64,000 bases of DNA from an uncultured Bacilli bacterium. GTDB lineage: Bacteria > Bacillota_I > Bacilli_A > RF39 > UBA660. The notes under the pieces were generated by a model that saw only the letters and a list, made by a program, of their open reading frames with translations, had not been told where the DNA came from and did not search any database. The position numbers and the translations under genes are program-made. Location of the stretch: contig CAKPDH010000003.1 in assembly GCA_934148845.1 (NCBI GenBank), positions 65,789 through 129,788 on the forward strand, written 5' to 3'. Of the stretch, positions 51,234-60,618 are shown piece by piece (the first letter of the stretch is position 1; each line of letters opens with the position of its first letter).

Positions 51234-53231
51234 ATGTCTTTAATTATAGAGTGGATTAGAAATATGATGTTTAGCATAGATAAAATAATATATGCTATGA
51301 TATCAAAAGTATATGATTTATTAATTACAATTGCTAGGACTTCACCATTATCGCAAGCAGACATACTTGCAATAGCTGATAGAATATATAAATTATTGGC
51401 TATTTTTATGGTGTTTAAGGTAACTTTTTCGTTAATCATGTATGTAGTAAATCCTGATGATTTTACTGATAAAAGTAAAGGATTTGGTAAGTTATCGCTT
51501 AACATAGTTCTTGTTTTTGCGCTTTTAATACTTACTCCTCATATATTTAACATGGCATATGATCTTCAGAGGATCGTTCTTGAAGATAACGCCATAGCTG
51601 GTTTAATATTTGGCGAAAAAAATGATAAAGATAATGACTTTTTTACAAGTGCTGGAGATGACATGGCATATATTGCTATATCGCCTTTCTTTGTACCTGA
51701 TGTATCTATTCAAAAAGGTTCACTTTATAACTGTACTACTTTATTAAAAGATAATAAAATGAATGAATCTTGTTCAGGTATTTCTAATGACAGTTTGACA
51801 AAAGTAGCATCATCATCTACCACGTTATACGATTTAACAAAAAAGACAGGTAGTACCTTTACAGATACAATGCTTAAAAATTATGTTACTGGAATAAACA
51901 ATAAAAGCTTAGGAATGGTTTTTAGAAAAGAACTTGTAGAAGCTCAAGTAGATGGCGAATTTATTATGGATTATTCATATATCATTTCAACGGCGGTTGG
52001 TGTGATAATACTTATACTTTTAGTAAACTTTTGTTTAGATGTTTCAATAAGAAGTATTAAATTTGCATTTTTACAATTAATTGCTCCAATTCCAATAATT
52101 TCATATATAGATCCAAAAAGTGGAAAAGATGGATTATTTAAAAAATGGACACAATTATGTGTTAAAACATATTTAAGCTTATTTATACGTTTATTGGCAC
52201 TTTATTTTGCAGTTTATATAATTTCAATGGTTGGAGATTTGGGACTTGTAGATGTTGTTGATAGTTCTTACGTTACAAGTAGACTTATTCTAGTTATAAT
52301 TATAATAGGCGCTCTTATGTTTGCAAAACAACTTCCAAATATATTAAAAGATCTTGGAATTAAACTTGACTCTGATGGATTTAAACTTAATCCTTTAAGA
52401 AGAATTGAAAATGGAGCTTTAGGAGGCAAAATATTAAAAAAGCCTAATGATTTGCTTGGAAAAGCTGGTAAAGCTGCATTGTTTGCACCTGCAATAGGGG
52501 CTGGATTGTTTGGTAAAAAAGCTATAGGTGCTATAGATGCTGCTAGAAACGGAAAAGGTCTTAAACAAGGATGGGATAGAACACATGGAAAATTATATAA
52601 TAATTTAAATAAGAAATTAGATGAATGGGCACCAGATAGAGCAGAAGCTAGAAAAAGTGAAAGAACTGGTAGAGAAGAAGTTGCGGCTATGCATAATAAA
52701 TGGACAAAAGGTAAAGAAGTAGCAGATAAATTAAAACGTTTTAATCCTGATAAACCTTGGGATGCTTTAGATGGATCAGACGTATCGGCGTACAATGCAA
52801 TATATAAAAACCCAGAATTTATAAGATCAAGAATGAATTTGGATCGCGCTGATGCTAAAAATAAAATCTTACATAGAATATCTGAACAGACCATGAGAGG
52901 TAGTAGTGTAGAGGAAGCTTTAAATGCAGAACTGGATAATATAAAAAAGCTTGATTCTAGTTCTCAAAATGATTTATTTAAAATGGCTGGATTGAAATTG
53001 AACGCTACTGGAACAGCACTAACACCGGATGGTCCTTCTGTTACGAAAGAACAAGCAACAGCTAGATTTACTGAAATGTTAGATAAAACTAGTAAAACAG
53101 TGAGTGGAATGGAGAAAGTACATGAAAGTATAAGAAAACAAAATCCAAATGATGCAGCCACAGAAGATGCTTTAAAACATGTAAAATATAATACTACGGA
53201 TCCAACAGATTCAAGTCGAAAATATAGTTAA
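51234..53231 (+). CDS. VirB6-like polytopic membrane protein (TcpH / Tn916-Orf15 class) with Lys/Ala-rich C-terminal tail
   Basis: ~8 TM helices in the first ~400 aa. Charged low-complexity C-terminal region. Directly upstream of the VirB3-like and VirB4 genes. RBS GGAGGAAG precedes the ATG at 51234. Confidence 0.5.
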   Translation: MSLIIEWIRNMMFSIDKIIYAMISKVYDLLITIARTSPLSQADILAIADRIYKLLAIFMVFKVTFSLIMYVVNPDDFTDKSKGFGKLSLNIVLVFALLILTPHIFNMAYDLQRIVLEDNAIAGLIFGEKNDKDNDFFTSAGDDMAYIAISPFFVPDVSIQKGSLYNCTTLLKDNKMNESCSGISNDSLTKVASSSTTLYDLTKKTGSTFTDTMLKNYVTGINNKSLGMVFRKELVEAQVDGEFIMDYSYIISTAVGVIILILLVNFCLDVSIRSIKFAFLQLIAPIPIISYIDPKSGKDGLFKKWTQLCVKTYLSLFIRLLALYFAVYIISMVGDLGLVDVVDSSYVTSRLILVIIIIGALMFAKQLPNILKDLGIKLDSDGFKLNPLRRIENGALGGKILKKPNDLLGKAGKAALFAPAIGAGLFGKKAIGAIDAARNGKGLKQGWDRTHGKLYNNLNKKLDEWAPDRAEARKSERTGREEVAAMHNKWTKGKEVADKLKRFNPDKPWDALDGSDVSAYNAIYKNPEFIRSRMNLDRADAKNKILHRISEQTMRGSSVEEALNAELDNIKKLDSSSQNDLFKMAGLKLNATGTALTPDGPSVTKEQATARFTEMLDKTSKTVSGMEKVHESIRKQNPNDAATEDALKHVKYNTTDPTDSSRKYS

Positions 53232-53251
53232 TAAAAAGGATGTGATACTAG

Positions 53252-53578
53252 ATGGGTAATGATTATAATTATTTAATTCCTGCTAATTCAAAGAAGAGTG
53301 CTTTAATATTTGGAAGATTTACAGGAGTTGATTTAACTATTTTCTTAGTAGGAATAGGAATATCATTTATACTTATGATGTTCTTACCTACTCAGAAGAT
53401 ATGGGTTGCGGTAATTGCTATATTGCCTGCTTTAATAGCCGGATTCTTAGTTTTCCCTGTACCCAATTATCATAATGTTAGAACTGTTATAAAAAATGCA
53501 ATTGATTTTTATACTACAAGGCAAAGATATATATGGAAAGGTTGGTGTGTATTAGATGGCGAAAGAGATAAAAAGTAA
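53252..53578 (+). CDS. VirB3-like small 2-TM protein (PrgI/TcpE/Tn916-Orf17 class)
   Basis: 108 aa with two adjacent hydrophobic helices, immediately 5' of and overlapping the VirB4 gene. This is canonical synteny. Confidence 0.5.
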   Translation: MGNDYNYLIPANSKKSALIFGRFTGVDLTIFLVGIGISFILMMFLPTQKIWVAVIAILPALIAGFLVFPVPNYHNVRTVIKNAIDFYTTRQRYIWKGWCVLDGERDKK

Positions 53579-54101
53579 ATATACTGATGTTCCTGTTAGG
53601 TCTATTACTAATGGTGTAATTTTACTTGATAATGGTAAAAAAGTAACTGGTGTTAAAATAATGCCAAGGAATATATTTATATTAGATCAAAGTATGCAAG
53701 ATGCAATTATTATGAATTTAAAAAATGTATATAATGCAATTGATTATGAGTTTTGGATTGTGGTTGCTGATAGACCGGTTGATATAAATGTGTATCTTTC
53801 ACAGTTACAATTGCTATATAATCAGTCATCAGATGCAAAAATTAGAAAGTTAATTATGGAAGATATAAATAAAGGAAATATGTTTATGAATAATAGTGTT
53901 GTTGATACTGAGTATTTCTTACTTTTTAAAGATAAAAGTGATGATGTATTACAAAAGAGAGTTAGAAATTTAATTAATAATTTTGCGAGTGCTGGCTTAA
54001 CAGCTTTTCAAACTAATAATGATGATTTGCGAATGATTTTGGATAATTTCTTAAATGGAGGACAAACTACTAAGTTTGGTACGGTGTTATCATGGATGTA
54101 A
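53556..54101 (+). CDS. VirB4-family ATPase, N-terminal segment (separate ORF)
   Basis: The 181-aa ORF ends at TAA inside the overlap ATGGATGTAA with the next ORF. Together the two ORFs total ~775 aa, the size of a typical VirB4. Confidence 0.55.
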   Translation: MAKEIKSKYTDVPVRSITNGVILLDNGKKVTGVKIMPRNIFILDQSMQDAIIMNLKNVYNAIDYEFWIVVADRPVDINVYLSQLQLLYNQSSDAKIRKLIMEDINKGNMFMNNSVVDTEYFLLFKDKSDDVLQKRVRNLINNFASAGLTAFQTNNDDLRMILDNFLNGGQTTKFGTVLSWM

Positions 54102-55876
54102 GAAGTCAAATTGCCCCAAAGGGGTTAGAATTTAAATCAAATGAATTTGTTATTAGTGATAAATATGCTTGTATATTAACTGTTATTTCATATCCAAAAT
54201 TTATATATCCTGGTTATTTGAGTAATTTAACTAGTATGGCAGGTATTAAAGTTGTTATTAAACATATACCACTTCCTTTTAGTACAATGAGTAAAATGTT
54301 AAATAAGGAACTTGCTGACTTAAAACAAAGATATCAAGAAGAAAAAGATAAAACTATTCAAGAACGTATTAGACAAGATTATGAATCTCTTGAAATGTTT
54401 ATATCTAACCTAGCATCTAGTCAATCTAAAATTTTTGATTTTCAAATGCATGTTATGATTACTGCTGACACAAAGGAAGAATTAGATTCAAAAAAAATAC
54501 AGGTAAAAAATTATTTAGAAGCTATGGAAATGCGTGCTATACCTTTGAGATTTGAACAAGATAAGGTATTGAAATCTATTTTACCAATATATGAAAAACA
54601 AGATATTGAAGATAGAATTGGTACACCAATTCCGTCTCCAACTATAGCTGCTATGTATCCATTTATTTTTGATAGTATTAAGGATCCAGGATTATCTACC
54701 TTACTTGGTATTGATTTTTCAGGGGGAGTTATATTATTTAATCAATTTTTATATCAAATTAAAAAAGAGCATAATAGAAATAATGCTAATATGATTATTT
54801 TAGGTACAAGTGGTAGTGGTAAATCAACTGCTGCAAAATTACTTTTAAGAAGTAATATTAGAAATAATTATCAAATTGTTGTTATTGATCCAGAAGGCGA
54901 ACTTGAAGAAATGGCTAATACATTTAATGGCGATTTCATAAGTCTTGGTAAAGGTGGAGATTATGGTATGATAAATCCACTTGAAGTTATAGTAGATGCT
55001 GATGAAGAGGAAAAAAGACAAGGTCTAGGTTATACTGTATTTACAAGAACACTTCAGACAATAAAGGCATTTTTAAAGTATTATGATCCATCTATTACTG
55101 AAGATGTTGTAAATATGTTTAGTGAAGTAGTACAAGAAACATATAAAAGATTTGGAATAGATTTTAATTCAGATTTTAGTAATTTTAAATCAAGTGATTA
55201 TCCAACTTTTAAAGATGTATATGCTACAATAAAAGGACGTATTTTATCAATTCCAGAAAAAACTCAGGAAAAAGATGTATTAGAGCAACTTGAAATAAAA
55301 ATTAGACCAATAGTTAGAGAATTAAAATATTATTTTGATGGACATACAACTATAAGTCCAAAAAGTAATTTTGTGGTATTTAATATTAAAGAACTTATGA
55401 ACGCAGATAAAAATATTAGAAACGCATTATTCTTTAATATATTAAAATATGCATGGGGGCTTACACTTAATCCTGCTATAAATACTATAATGATGGTAGA
55501 CGAAGCACACGTATTATTAAGTGGTGGTAATACACTTGGAGCAGATTTCTTAGCACAGATACAAAGACGTGCTCGTAAGTATAATACTGGTACTATAATA
55601 ATAACGCAACAACCAACTGACTTTAGTGATCCTTCTGTTATAACACAAGGAAAAGCAATATTTGATAATGCTTCTTATTATTTAGTTATGGGATTAAAAA
55701 AGCAAGCTGTAGATGATCTTTCTAAATTAATTGATTTAAATGATAATGAAAAAGAAAGTATTAAACAATATGATCAAGGTTCAGCACTTTTTGTATGTGG
55801 AAGCAGAAGAATGAGAATAAATATTATAGTTACTGATGAAGAATTAGATTCATTTGGTAGTGGTGGAGGACTATAA
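54092..55876 (+). CDS. virB4: VirB4-family conjugation/T4SS ATPase (TcpF/PrgJ/Orf16-like), main segment
   Basis: Walker A IILGTSGSGKST. Walker B IMMVDEAHVLL. Conserved ...ARKYNTGTIIITQQPTDF motif of VirB4/TraE. Confidence 0.85.
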   Translation: MDVRSQIAPKGLEFKSNEFVISDKYACILTVISYPKFIYPGYLSNLTSMAGIKVVIKHIPLPFSTMSKMLNKELADLKQRYQEEKDKTIQERIRQDYESLEMFISNLASSQSKIFDFQMHVMITADTKEELDSKKIQVKNYLEAMEMRAIPLRFEQDKVLKSILPIYEKQDIEDRIGTPIPSPTIAAMYPFIFDSIKDPGLSTLLGIDFSGGVILFNQFLYQIKKEHNRNNANMIILGTSGSGKSTAAKLLLRSNIRNNYQIVVIDPEGELEEMANTFNGDFISLGKGGDYGMINPLEVIVDADEEEKRQGLGYTVFTRTLQTIKAFLKYYDPSITEDVVNMFSEVVQETYKRFGIDFNSDFSNFKSSDYPTFKDVYATIKGRILSIPEKTQEKDVLEQLEIKIRPIVRELKYYFDGHTTISPKSNFVVFNIKELMNADKNIRNALFFNILKYAWGLTLNPAINTIMMVDEAHVLLSGGNTLGADFLAQIQRRARKYNTGTIIITQQPTDFSDPSVITQGKAIFDNASYYLVMGLKKQAVDDLSKLIDLNDNEKESIKQYDQGSALFVCGSRRMRINIIVTDEELDSFGSGGGL

Positions 55877-55893
55877 TTTAAGGAGGTTATAGT

Positions 55894-57723
55894 ATGAATT
55901 CACAAGGTGAAGTTAGTAATGATAAAAAAAATCTAGAAAAAGTTAAAAATGCTAATATGGCACGTACTGCTGCGGAGTATGCACAAATGTCTGGTCATCC
56001 AGTAGCATCTTCTATTGGGAAAGGAATTAAAATAGCAGATAAAATAACTCATGGAAAATCTTCTGAAAAAATAGGAAAGAAGTTATCTAAAAATCCAGCT
56101 CTTAATGGAGGAAATTTTGGTATACCTAAAGCATTACAAAACAGATTAAATACTTCTATGAATTCTAATATTAATTCAAATGGATCAAAAAAATCAAATG
56201 CTAATATATCTGAGAAACTTAAAAGGAAAAATAATTTTCCTACTAAGATTGGTAGAGCTATTAACATGCTTAATAAGTCAAAAGCTGGTTTAGAAAAAGT
56301 TTTTGGTGATAAAAGTAGTAAGATTGAAGAAGAGAATGAATTAAGTGGAGTTAATTTAAAGATAAATAAAAAAACATTAATGATAGCTGGTATTACTTTA
56401 GCTTCATTAATGTTCTTTATAATGTTTGGAATTCTTTGTTCTTTGCTTAATGCAGGATATACGGAGCTTATTCAAATAGCAAAAACTTTAACACTTGATG
56501 AGGTAATTGAAAAGATAAATAAGAATAAACAAACTTCTTATAATTATGAAGAGGATATATTTATATTAAATAATTATAATGATGATTCCTTACATCAAGT
56601 AAAAAAAATTACTGATTATACTCTTGAAGAAGCTTTTCCTGAAATAAAGTATTATTCAGAAAAGTATACTGATAATAAAAAAAATATATACAATTATTTT
56701 TATAAGCTTTATTATATAAAAGAATATTATAAAAATAATTATAATGTTAATTTGAATGTTGCTTTAATTCATCTTACTTTAATAGAAAAAAATGAAGATA
56801 AAAGAGAAATCTTTTTACAAAATACTAAGGGATTTGATTTATCACTAAAGGAAAATAATCCTTTGTTTGATTACAATTATGACTGGTATAGTATAGGTTA
56901 TAAGACAAGTATTGATGAAAGCTCACACGATATTGAGTTATTAGCACAACATCAAATATCAGAAAGTTACCGTGAAACTTGTACAGATTCTAATATGAAT
57001 GTTGTAAATAGTAATGAAGATTCAAGTAAAACTATTACTTGTAATGAAGGTGAGACGTATAATAAAGTATCAATAGGTTATAAAATTGATTTAAATAAAT
57101 ATAAAGAATTTTTAAAACAATATTTTGAAGAAAAATATTATATAAATAAAGCAGGTAATTCTGGTAATATTAATAATCCTAATGATTCTAGCAATTTGGA
57201 TACTCCATCAATAAATACAGATTGGCAGAACTGGAGACAATGTAATGAATCTTGGAGTGACTCTGTTATTGGAAATACTTCTTATACTATGTGTACATCA
57301 GGATGTTTAATTACTTCTGTTTCAATACAAATAGCGCGTAGTGGGACACAAACAACAGTAACTCCATTTACGCCAGCAGAAGGTCTTAAGTATTTTTCTA
57401 TTAATAAAAAAACTGCAGAATTTAGATGGAATGTTACTGCAGTAGCACCTTACTTTATTAAGGCTTTTGATATGCCTCTTACTGGTATGACAAAAAAACA
57501 AATTGCTGACAAACTTTCTAAATACTCTAATTATTACATAATTATATATTCTAAGAACTACAGAAATAGAGACCATTTTATGGCCGTTAATTATGTTGAT
57601 ACTAATACAAGTGATATATATGTATTTGATCCAGCTAAACTTGTAAAAAATAATGAATCTGTTTATGGCGGATCTGGTGGGTATTATCCACTTAAAGCAT
57701 ACTTTTTTGAGAAGAAGGATTAA
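55894..57723 (+). CDS. membrane-anchored protein with C-terminal C39-like (papain-fold) cysteine peptidase domain
   Basis: Central TM (LMIAGITLASLMFFIMFGIL). C-terminal ...YTMCTSGCLITSVSIQIARSG ... RDHFMAVNYVD...IYVFDPA fits the Cys...His...(D)P pattern of Peptidase_C39_2 (YvpB/BtrH-like). Confidence 0.4.
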   Translation: MNSQGEVSNDKKNLEKVKNANMARTAAEYAQMSGHPVASSIGKGIKIADKITHGKSSEKIGKKLSKNPALNGGNFGIPKALQNRLNTSMNSNINSNGSKKSNANISEKLKRKNNFPTKIGRAINMLNKSKAGLEKVFGDKSSKIEEENELSGVNLKINKKTLMIAGITLASLMFFIMFGILCSLLNAGYTELIQIAKTLTLDEVIEKINKNKQTSYNYEEDIFILNNYNDDSLHQVKKITDYTLEEAFPEIKYYSEKYTDNKKNIYNYFYKLYYIKEYYKNNYNVNLNVALIHLTLIEKNEDKREIFLQNTKGFDLSLKENNPLFDYNYDWYSIGYKTSIDESSHDIELLAQHQISESYRETCTDSNMNVVNSNEDSSKTITCNEGETYNKVSIGYKIDLNKYKEFLKQYFEEKYYINKAGNSGNINNPNDSSNLDTPSINTDWQNWRQCNESWSDSVIGNTSYTMCTSGCLITSVSIQIARSGTQTTVTPFTPAEGLKYFSINKKTAEFRWNVTAVAPYFIKAFDMPLTGMTKKQIADKLSKYSNYYIIIYSKNYRNRDHFMAVNYVDTNTSDIYVFDPAKLVKNNESVYGGSGGYYPLKAYFFEKKD

Positions 57724-57725
57724 TT

Positions 57726-58379
57726 ATGAAGGTGAAAATATTTATTTTATTTAGTCTATTATTTTTGACTGGGTGTACTGCTACATACAATGTTGAAATA
57801 AAGGATAATACTATAAAAGAGCATTTAAATTTAGTTGAAACTAATAAAGCTATTTTTGATATTCCGAATGAATCTGGTTGGACATTAAGAGGCTTATTTG
57901 ATTCATATCTTAGCAAAGATGTATATTCTAAGGCTGATTACACTATAAAATCTTTAAATAATAATGATAGACTTGGTATAGATTATAAAAATAATAATTT
58001 GTCTGAAATTAAAAATTTGTCTTTATTAAATCAATGTTATAATGATTATTATGTAAGCGATACAAGTGATATTGTACAAATAAGTACAGGTGAAAATTTT
58101 ACTTGTAATGATTATTACAATAATCTTGAATCTTTTAAGGTCGTTATAAAAACAAATCATAAAGTCTTATCTAGTAATGCAACACGTGTTGAGGGTAATA
58201 AGTATATATGGGAAATAGGTAGTAGTGATAGTAAAAACATTGAATTTTCATATTCTAAAGATGAAATTATAAAATCCTTTCCATATTTAATTGTTACATT
58301 ATGTGTATTAGGTATTTGTATTTTAATTTGTATTTATTTCTTAATAAGAAGAAAAATAATATCAAATAATAAAATATAG
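57726..58379 (+). CDS. lipoprotein with C-terminal TM helix (possible VirB7-like/accessory T4SS component)
   Basis: Lipobox LLFLTG|C. The C-terminus has a hydrophobic helix followed by RRK. Confidence 0.45.
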   Translation: MKVKIFILFSLLFLTGCTATYNVEIKDNTIKEHLNLVETNKAIFDIPNESGWTLRGLFDSYLSKDVYSKADYTIKSLNNNDRLGIDYKNNNLSEIKNLSLLNQCYNDYYVSDTSDIVQISTGENFTCNDYYNNLESFKVVIKTNHKVLSSNATRVEGNKYIWEIGSSDSKNIEFSYSKDEIIKSFPYLIVTLCVLGICILICIYFLIRRKIISNNKI

Positions 58380-58391
58380 GTGAGGTGTAAG

Positions 58392-59633
58392 ATGCAAAAA
58401 AGAATATTAAGAATTATTACATTGTTTTCAATATTACTTAGTCCATTAAATATTGTTAGTGCGTATGAATATGTTGATTCAAGTCGCTCTAATGTGATAA
58501 GTTCAATGATAAATGATATATTTAATAAAAAAAGACAATATGATCAAATCTTTGGCGATATGATTGATGAAGAAACGACTGTATATTCAAAAACTAATAC
58601 ATTATATTGGTGGCCTATAGGTAGTATGGAGACTACAAAAAGTGGAAATATTACTTACGCAATGGGTAATCCTGAATATGTAAATATTTCTTCTGGATTT
58701 CAAGGACGTAATGATCCAGCAACAGGTAAGTGGGTAAATCATACAGGACTTGATATTCCATCTGGAGGAAGGGTAAATGAAGTAAATGTAATTGCTGCAA
58801 ATAGTGGTATTGTAGTATATCCAAATAAAAATTCTAAAATAGATTGTCCAACAGGACGTCAAAGTTATTCTCCTTGTAATGGTTATGGAAATTACGTAGT
58901 TATTCAACACAGTGATGGAAACTATACTTTGTATGGTCACTTATATCAAAATTCTATTTTAGTACGTTCTGGTGATAAAGTTGAGCAAGGACAAGTAATC
59001 GCTAAAGTAGGAAGTAGTGGTTACTCTACTGGAGCGCATGTACATTTTGAAGTAAGAATTGGTCAAAATGCCCAGAATGCTACTGTAGATCCACTTGAAT
59101 ATGTAAATGCTTCAAATCCAAGACCTGTATCAACTTCAGATGATAATGAATTGATAAAGATGCTAAAACATCTTGAAGGTGCAAAAACTAGTGGCGATAG
59201 TTATGTAGTTTATCAACCTAAAAATGATGATCCAACGGTCGGTGTTGGTGTAAATTTAAAATATACTGCTGATATGTTTAAAAAATATAATTATGATGTA
59301 TCTAATGTTAAAGCAGGTGATACACTTCCAAAGGATGTTGTTGATAATGTAATGATGGATATAATAGAAGATAAAAAAAGCTCTATTAGATCTATTATAT
59401 CTGAAAATAATATAACTCTTAAGGAATATCAAATTGATGCATTAGCTTTAATGTATTATCAAGCAGGTAACATTAATGGCTTTGTTACAAACTACAAAAA
59501 ATATGGATGTACTGAAGAATTTTATAAAAAATGGTTTTATAATAAAGGATTAAATAAAGAATATATAGAAGGTATCCATAATAGACGAAATAAAGAGTGG
59601 TTATTATTTTCTACTGGTAAGTATACATATTAA
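58392..59633 (+). CDS. bifunctional peptidoglycan hydrolase: M23 (LytM) peptidase + GH24/phage-lysozyme-like domain
   Basis: M23 motifs HTGLDIP...GNYVVIQHSDGNYTLYGHL...GSSGYSTGAHVHFEV. C-terminal LKHLEGAKTSGDSYVVYQ...DPTVGVGVNL resembles the LEG...Y.D..G..T.G.G core of T4-type lysozymes. Signal peptide. RBS GGTGAGGTG. Confidence 0.7.
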   Translation: MQKRILRIITLFSILLSPLNIVSAYEYVDSSRSNVISSMINDIFNKKRQYDQIFGDMIDEETTVYSKTNTLYWWPIGSMETTKSGNITYAMGNPEYVNISSGFQGRNDPATGKWVNHTGLDIPSGGRVNEVNVIAANSGIVVYPNKNSKIDCPTGRQSYSPCNGYGNYVVIQHSDGNYTLYGHLYQNSILVRSGDKVEQGQVIAKVGSSGYSTGAHVHFEVRIGQNAQNATVDPLEYVNASNPRPVSTSDDNELIKMLKHLEGAKTSGDSYVVYQPKNDDPTVGVGVNLKYTADMFKKYNYDVSNVKAGDTLPKDVVDNVMMDIIEDKKSSIRSIISENNITLKEYQIDALALMYYQAGNINGFVTNYKKYGCTEEFYKKWFYNKGLNKEYIEGIHNRRNKEWLLFSTGKYTY

Positions 59634-59644
59634 TGAGGTGAAAT

Positions 59645-60142
59645 ATGAAGAATAAAAAGAGTTTATTAATAATATTACTTTTTGTTGTTGCAATTATTGT
59701 ATTAATAGTAACAATATTTGCAAATAAAGAAGACAAAAGAAAAAATGACATAAGTATAGTTTATGATTATGGTGCATTTTATACTGTAAATTCTTGTCTA
59801 TACAGATTTACAACTTATATTTCATCTAATGATAGTAAAAGTGTTTTGCTTACTTTAAGTAATAATTATAAGAAAGAAAATAAAATAACTGAGGCTAATG
59901 TTTTAGAACATTTTAGTGATGTTCCTAGTGATTCTACTTTTGTATCTAAAAAAATGTATTATGAAAAGATTGATGACAATATTACAAAATATTATGTATA
60001 TGGTTATTTTGAAGAAGATGTTTTAGATGATTATTATGAATCTAATAAAGATTTAAAAAATGTATATTACATTGTATATTTAGATTCTTCAAAAAAAATA
60101 TTTTCTGTAGAACCATATGATGGTAAAGTATTTGGAGGATAA
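59645..60142 (+). CDS. small N-terminal-TM protein (VirB8-like/TcpC-like NTF2-fold candidate)
   Basis: N-terminal TM, then a ~130-aa domain rich in beta-strand-type Y/V/I alternation. RBS GAGGTG. Confidence 0.3.
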   Translation: MKNKKSLLIILLFVVAIIVLIVTIFANKEDKRKNDISIVYDYGAFYTVNSCLYRFTTYISSNDSKSVLLTLSNNYKKENKITEANVLEHFSDVPSDSTFVSKKMYYEKIDDNITKYYVYGYFEEDVLDDYYESNKDLKNVYYIVYLDSSKKIFSVEPYDGKVFGG

Positions 60143-60608
60143 TATGAATGATAGTTCTAAAAAAACATTAGTTGTATTAGTAATTGGAATTATAATAGTA
60201 GGAACATTATATTTGTGTTTAAATAAGATATTTAATAAAAAAAATGAAGATGTATTTTTAAAAAACTATGAAGTAAATGAGTATATTCCTATGTATATAT
60301 CTGATCAATCTAAAGCAGAAATTTACTTAAGTGATTATACTAAAATAATGCATTCGGATATTAATGCAGCATATAATTTACTTGATCCTTCTTATAGAGA
60401 AAAAAAATTTAGTAATATTGCTTCATTTGAAAACTATGTATATAATTTAAGAGCTTCAGTATATAAAGTAGATAAATATTATATAAAAACAGAAGGTAAA
60501 TATGAAATAATTGGTGTTTATGATAATAATGGTAATCTATTTATCTTTAAAACAAATGGTGTAATGCAATATAATGTATTATTTGATGAAAATACAGTAG
60601 AAATTTAG
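60117..60608 (+). CDS. small N-terminal-TM protein (second VirB8-like candidate)
   Basis: Same architecture as the previous ORF; overlaps it by 26 nt. Confidence 0.3.
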   Translation: MMVKYLEDNMNDSSKKTLVVLVIGIIIVGTLYLCLNKIFNKKNEDVFLKNYEVNEYIPMYISDQSKAEIYLSDYTKIMHSDINAAYNLLDPSYREKKFSNIASFENYVYNLRASVYKVDKYYIKTEGKYEIIGVYDNNGNLFIFKTNGVMQYNVLFDENTVEI

Positions 60609-60618
60609 GTGATAAAAT

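Noticed and set aside
51218-53161. Minus-strand ORFs 51218-51505, 52268-52894 and 52964-53161
   Set aside because: Antisense within the VirB6-like gene, whose Lys/Ala-rich tail yields open reverse frames.
56049-58940. Minus-strand ORFs 56049-56267, 57322-57576, 57692-57916 and 58602-58940
   Set aside because: Antisense within well-supported plus-strand genes (C39-like, lipoprotein, M23 peptidase).
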